Positions 8,448 to 11,816 of a stretch of DNA of 11,816 nucleotides are shown here, piece by piece. The stretch is from assembly GCA_039698055.1 (NCBI GenBank), contig JBDKTL010000042.1, forward strand, positions 1 to 11,816, written 5' to 3'. Numbering within the stretch: position 1 is the stretch's first letter; each line of letters starts with the position of its first letter. The notes below the pieces were generated by a model. The model made no database searches and had not been told where the DNA came from. It saw only the letters and a list, made by a program, of their open reading frames with translations. The translations under genes and the position numbers were made by a program. Source of the DNA: Methanoregula sp. (GTDB lineage Archaea; Halobacteriota; Methanomicrobia; Methanomicrobiales; Methanospirillaceae).

Positions 8448-8813
8448 TTAAAAATAATGATGAATGCGCTCTGCGCCTTTTAAGCTGTCTTTAACTAATT
8501 TATCTAAATTGGATATCTCATCGTGATAATCGCATTTGTCTCTCCAATCGCTTAATTCTCGCAGATCATTCAAGACTTTAAACTGTCTCTTATCCTTGTA
8601 CCAACGTTGTACAGCAGAATGAACACCCACTTTAGGAAATTTGAAGTTGCCCTGATCTTCCGCATGGTTTTTTGCATGATGAAAAGCGGCGTAATAGGAA
8701 CGACTGACAATATTTCGCTTTATTGTTTCTTCTTCACAAACGCATGATACAAAAGTTGGATTTATATTTAAATTTCGTGCAAAAACAAGAAAATCGTACC
8801 AATTATATGTCAT
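8448..8813 (-). CDS. HEPN-domain protein (UPF0332-like), putative RNase toxin
   Basis: 121 aa and predicted helical; SRSYYAAFH, H in GVHSAV, and LSDWRDKCDYH (R-x4-Y, also R-x5-H). Confidence 0.85.
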   Translation of the reverse strand: MTYNWYDFLVFARNLNINPTFVSCVCEEETIKRNIVSRSYYAAFHHAKNHAEDQGNFKFPKVGVHSAVQRWYKDKRQFKVLNDLRELSDWRDKCDYHDEISNLDKLVKDSLKGAERIHHYF

Positions 8814-8816
8814 AAA

Positions 8817-9389
8817 TTATTCCTTCGGTTGTTTGAAATGCGTTGAAATTAATAGCCAATCGTTATCTGGAAATTTCTCGGAAAATTTATCACGGATGCC
8901 TCGAATTTTATCCATAAAATCATCAGGGTAGTTTTCATGTCGAACATCCATAAAAATAAAATGATCTTCAGTTTCGCGATCATCATATTTTTCAATATAT
9001 ACTTTAATTTTTTCTCCTCGAAATTCTGTTGCAATTATTTTATTTAATTCTAAAAACGGATCTACAATTTCGCCCATATTAATATTAAGACTGATTAGAA
9101 ATTTTTTTACTTCTTTTTTATTTATTATAGTTAACGACTTCTCTAATCCCCAAAAGAACTTATCTATTTGGAGATTTACATCGCTCGCAACCTGGGAAAT
9201 TACAACGTTGTTTAGGGTATTTAGTAATATACCCTCAATAGCTCCTCCCCAACTACTGTTACATTTTATTGATTGGGGTTTGTTTGATTGGAACCAGTAC
9301 TCACACTGCAATTCTCTGGCACCAAAATCTGTAAATGCAGTAGCAGCAGATAATCCGAAACTTGGAACAATTTGCATTTCCACATCCAT
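8817..9389 (-). CDS. Hypothetical protein, putative HEPN partner or antitoxin
   Basis: 190-aa ORF in AT-rich DNA with a GGAGG Shine-Dalgarno 7 nt upstream, ending 3 nt before the HEPN start. Acidic C-terminal alpha/beta domain. No GSxAxG/DxD MNT motif. Confidence 0.7.
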   Translation of the reverse strand: MDVEMQIVPSFGLSAATAFTDFGARELQCEYWFQSNKPQSIKCNSSWGGAIEGILLNTLNNVVISQVASDVNLQIDKFFWGLEKSLTIINKKEVKKFLISLNINMGEIVDPFLELNKIIATEFRGEKIKVYIEKYDDRETEDHFIFMDVRHENYPDDFMDKIRGIRDKFSEKFPDNDWLLISTHFKQPKE

Positions 9390-9809
9390 TTATTTTCCTC
9401 CAGGCATTCTTTTTACTGTTGGTTGCATATTAACGCCGTATAACGGATCGCCACGAGGATCTATCTTACCGAGTCTATCAATTTGAGAAATATTCGGTTT
9501 AATCCTTATTACAAATCCATCATCTGTAACATATTCATTCCAATTTTCTTTAACTGTTTCATATTTTATATCATAAATAGGCTCTATCTCTTTAAGATGG
9601 CGTAGATCTTCGGGGGGAATAATAGCCACGACATTATTGATTTGCATTCCCCCCATCGGTATTCCGGGAGGTACACCCATCACGTGTACCTCTTCCTGAA
9701 TGATTCTTAATAAGATTATTTTAAGTTTGACCACTGTATTATCTTCTAATCTATAGATATTCCAATCCTCTTTTACAGTGTCAAAAATGATCTCTTTTGA
9801 TTGTGCCAT
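9390..9809 (-). CDS. Hypothetical protein with an internally duplicated domain
   Basis: Two related units, IIFDTVKEDWNIYRLEDNTVVKLK and IKYETVKENWNEYVTDDGFVIRIK. Stop abuts the next ATG (TAAATG). Start is ATG 9809 or GTG 9827. Confidence 0.8.
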   Translation of the reverse strand: MAQSKEIIFDTVKEDWNIYRLEDNTVVKLKIILLRIIQEEVHVMGVPPGIPMGGMQINNVVAIIPPEDLRHLKEIEPIYDIKYETVKENWNEYVTDDGFVIRIKPNISQIDRLGKIDPRGDPLYGVNMQPTVKRMPGGK

Positions 9810-9863
9810 ATCATCCGAAATTTGCACTTTAGAAGGTATTAAATCTATTTATTTCTTTTTATT

Positions 9864-9884
9864 ACTTATAAATATAATTTCTAG
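9864..9884 (-). promoter_or_regulatory. Candidate archaeal TATA box (TTTATAA) for the three-gene cargo operon
   Basis: Minus strand reads CTAGAAATTATATTTATAAGT, about 40-60 nt upstream of the candidate starts. The AT-rich context weakens the call. Confidence 0.4.
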
Positions 9885-9931
9885 ATTATAGTAATTGTAT
9901 CTACCATTAAAAAATTAGTTTTCGGGTGCTG

Positions 9932-10072
9932 CTATTTATTTTTCTTCGGAGTGTTCCAATAGGGACTCTTACACTTTGGACAGACTTTTGGCTCTTCAGT
10001 ACCTCGTGCTACCCATTCGTGTCCACACCGTTCACACCTGTACCCCTCAACTTCAAGTTTCACTTTAGCCAT
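9932..10072 (-). CDS. 46-aa C4 zinc-ribbon protein, putative DNA-binding regulator
   Basis: MAKVKLEVEGYRCERCGHEWVARGTEEPKVCPKCKSPYWNTPKKNK has two CxxC pairs and a basic tail. ATG 10072 lies about 25 nt downstream of a TTATATA box. Confidence 0.82.
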   Translation of the reverse strand: MAKVKLEVEGYRCERCGHEWVARGTEEPKVCPKCKSPYWNTPKKNK

Positions 10073-10195
10073 ATTACAAAGTATATTACTTTGGAGTATA
10101 TAACTTCGATGGGTATTATTTGTAAATCGATAAGTATATATGCAATACTTACGTATATAATAATATACTAAATAAGTAAGTTTAAGGTGAGAAAA
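10073..10195. promoter_or_regulatory. Divergent promoter region with TATA boxes, three palindromes and a Shine-Dalgarno
   Basis: CAAAGTA-tat-TACTTTG (10077-10093), TAAGTAT-N7-ATACTTA (10131-10151), GTATAT-N4-ATATAC (10153-10168). TATA-like boxes at 10097-10103 (-) and 10154-10160 (+). AGGTGA at 10185-10190. Confidence 0.7.
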
Positions 10196-11404
10196 ATGCA
10201 ACAACTAACAACAACCAGAGAAGAGCGCGGAAAGATGAGCGCCGAAAAGGGCAACCAGATCCAGAAAGTCAAAGACAATCAGTACAAGGTAAAATCACAA
10301 TCTGGCAACGGCTCTTATGAAATCAAAATCACCGGGCATGGAGCCGAATGCAGTTGCCCGGATTTCCAAAACCGGCACCAGCCGTGCAAGCACATTCTGG
10401 GACTTCGCTATTATCTCGAAGTGCAGAAGGACACTCCTCAGGGAACCGTCACCGAAAAGATACACCTGACTTACACTCAGGCATGGAGCGCATACAACGC
10501 GGCACAGACCGAAGAGATCAAGATATTTGATGCTCTGTTAAAGGACTTGGTAAAAGCCATTCCCGAACCAGAACAGAATATGGGACGCCCACGCATACCG
10601 ATGAGTGAAAACCTCTTCTGTGCCATACAGAAAGTATACTCACAGTTATCAAGCCGTCGCGCTCACAGCTTGTTCCAGAACGCAGTAGAGAAGAATCAGA
10701 TCGACCATGCACCGTATTTCAACGCCCCATCAGCCCTCTTCAACAAACCCGAAATAACGCCCATCCTTCAAGAATTAGTCACGCTCTCAGCATTACCCGT
10801 CGCTGAACTTGAAACGGATTTCGCGGTGGATTCTACGGGATTCAGGACTACAACGTTTAACGCTTACAATGGAATGAAACACGGAGAGAAAAAACAACAT
10901 AAATGGATAAAGGCACATATGGCATGTGGTGTAAAAACCAACATCATAACAAGCATTGAGATCACCGGAGAAAACGGCGCAGATTCACCCCAATTTAATC
11001 CCCTCATAAAAACAACAGCACAGAACTTTAATATCCGCGAAGTATCAGCAGACAAGGCATATTCATCGCGTGACAATTACGAGGCTGTAAATGCAATCGG
11101 TGGTACTGCATATATCCCGTTCAAGAATCATGCAACCGGTAAGACACGTGGTTCCCCCATCTGGAAGAAAATGTACCACTACTTCCAACTCAATAAGGAT
11201 GATTTCATGGAGCACTATCACAAGCGGAGCAACGTAGAATCCACCAATGCGGCGATCAAGCGGAAGTTTGGTGAAACACTCAAATCCAAAAACCAAGTCG
11301 CACAGGTGAATGAACTACTGGCAAAAATTATCGCCTACAATCTGACGGTAGTAATTCATGAGATGTACGAGAATGGGATTGAGCCAAGTTTCCTTCGGCT
11401 CTAA
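10196..11404 (+). CDS. SWIM zinc finger + DDE transposase (IS4/IS5 superfamily, DDE_Tnp_1-like)
   Basis: SWIM CSCPDFQNRHQPCKH; catalytic AVDSTG and SADKAY; YHKRSNVESTNAAIK matches Y-2-R-3-E-6-K. ATG 10196 follows the AGGTGA SD. Confidence 0.93.
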   Translation: MQQLTTTREERGKMSAEKGNQIQKVKDNQYKVKSQSGNGSYEIKITGHGAECSCPDFQNRHQPCKHILGLRYYLEVQKDTPQGTVTEKIHLTYTQAWSAYNAAQTEEIKIFDALLKDLVKAIPEPEQNMGRPRIPMSENLFCAIQKVYSQLSSRRAHSLFQNAVEKNQIDHAPYFNAPSALFNKPEITPILQELVTLSALPVAELETDFAVDSTGFRTTTFNAYNGMKHGEKKQHKWIKAHMACGVKTNIITSIEITGENGADSPQFNPLIKTTAQNFNIREVSADKAYSSRDNYEAVNAIGGTAYIPFKNHATGKTRGSPIWKKMYHYFQLNKDDFMEHYHKRSNVESTNAAIKRKFGETLKSKNQVAQVNELLAKIIAYNLTVVIHEMYENGIEPSFLRL

Positions 11405-11405
11405 T

Positions 11406-11693
11406 CTATCTTCTTTTATGATAAACAAAACTCAAAACAAATAGGGCGATTGGAATTCCAATTTCGGTTAATATCTCCCATTTATTGAAAGCCCATGCGG
11501 CAATTGCCCAAAGATATGTTACAAAGATACTGACGTAAAAAAAGTTATAAATCGCGTGTAATCCGGCAGATATACTATCAATAATCTCGCCATTTTGAAA
11601 ACTAACGTACATAGAGCAGAATAGAAAAAAACTAATTATCAAAACAATTTTTCGGAACGCTGGCTCGTTTGTAATCGAGCGCCCATATCTCAT
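11406..11693 (-). CDS. Small membrane protein (about 3 TM helices), possibly 5'-disrupted
   Basis: Three hydrophobic stretches; convergent with the transposase (1-nt gap). The ATG touches the IS701-like end. Confidence 0.6.
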   Translation of the reverse strand: MRYGRSITNEPAFRKIVLIISFFLFCSMYVSFQNGEIIDSISAGLHAIYNFFYVSIFVTYLWAIAAWAFNKWEILTEIGIPIALFVLSFVYHKRR

Positions 11694-11816
11694 AGGACTT
11701 ACGCAAAAGCGGGATCAAACCGGCAGATCAAAATAATTTAACGACAGAAGAAAAGACCGTGGACAAGTCACGGAAGATAACCGACTTGGATTACATCAAT
11801 TTCCTTGTAGCTGCGC
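11693..11816 (+). mobile_element. Left end of an IS701-family insertion sequence, truncated by the window edge
   Basis: TAGGACTTACGCA at 11693-11705 resembles IS701-group terminal repeats as I recall them, and a transposase-like N-terminus follows. Confidence 0.75.
11759..11816 (+). CDS. IS701-family transposase, N-terminal fragment
   Basis: GTG start gives MDKSRKITDLDYINFLVAA, and DYINFL(V/I)A is the N-terminal motif I recognise from IS701-family transposases. Only 19 codons are visible. Confidence 0.72.
   Translation, partial: MDKSRKITDLDYINFLVAA

Larger units (their letters stand above)
8352..11693. mobile_element. Putative cargo-carrying SWIM-DDE transposon or accessory island; right end not seen
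   Basis: Abrupt drop in GC after moaC, repeat cluster at the junction, intact transposase, and AT-rich genes on both sides of the transposase. Boundaries are inferred. Confidence 0.55.

Noticed and set aside
10073-10204. N-terminal 44-aa extension of the zinc-ribbon ORF, and the opposite-strand ORF 9926..10171
   Set aside because: Low-complexity translation of AT-rich promoter DNA; the extension also overlaps the transposase start.
11696-11710. GACTTACGCAAAAGC as the inverted partner of GCTTTGCACGTAAAGTC (8348-8364)
   Set aside because: The match needs several gaps, and the sequence is better explained as an IS701-type left IR followed by its transposase. Worth revisiting if the IS701 call fails.

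Overview
Archaeal DNA, most likely from a Methanomicrobiales-type methanogen (inferred from the gene set, not from a search). Bases 1-8316 are a fairly GC-rich housekeeping block. It holds a GT2 glycosyltransferase and an AsnB-family amidotransferase, a minus-strand operon (RecJ/GAN DHH nuclease, TGT-C2/PUA protein, NAC, TrmI-type methyltransferase), and a divergent nnr-moaC pair. About 35 bp after moaC, three exact copies of TGCACGTAAAGT mark the start of an AT-rich accessory region. This region contains a coupled three-gene operon (duplicated-domain protein, putative antitoxin-like protein, HEPN protein), a 46-aa C4 zinc-ribbon gene, and a palindrome-rich divergent promoter. It continues with a SWIM-zinc-finger + IS4-superfamily DDE transposase and a small membrane-protein gene. 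The window ends inside the left end of an IS701-like element that the ORF track missed. The main candidate novelty is a cargo-carrying SWIM-DDE transposon with multi-site ends and its own zinc-ribbon regulator. All family calls come from motif recognition by eye.
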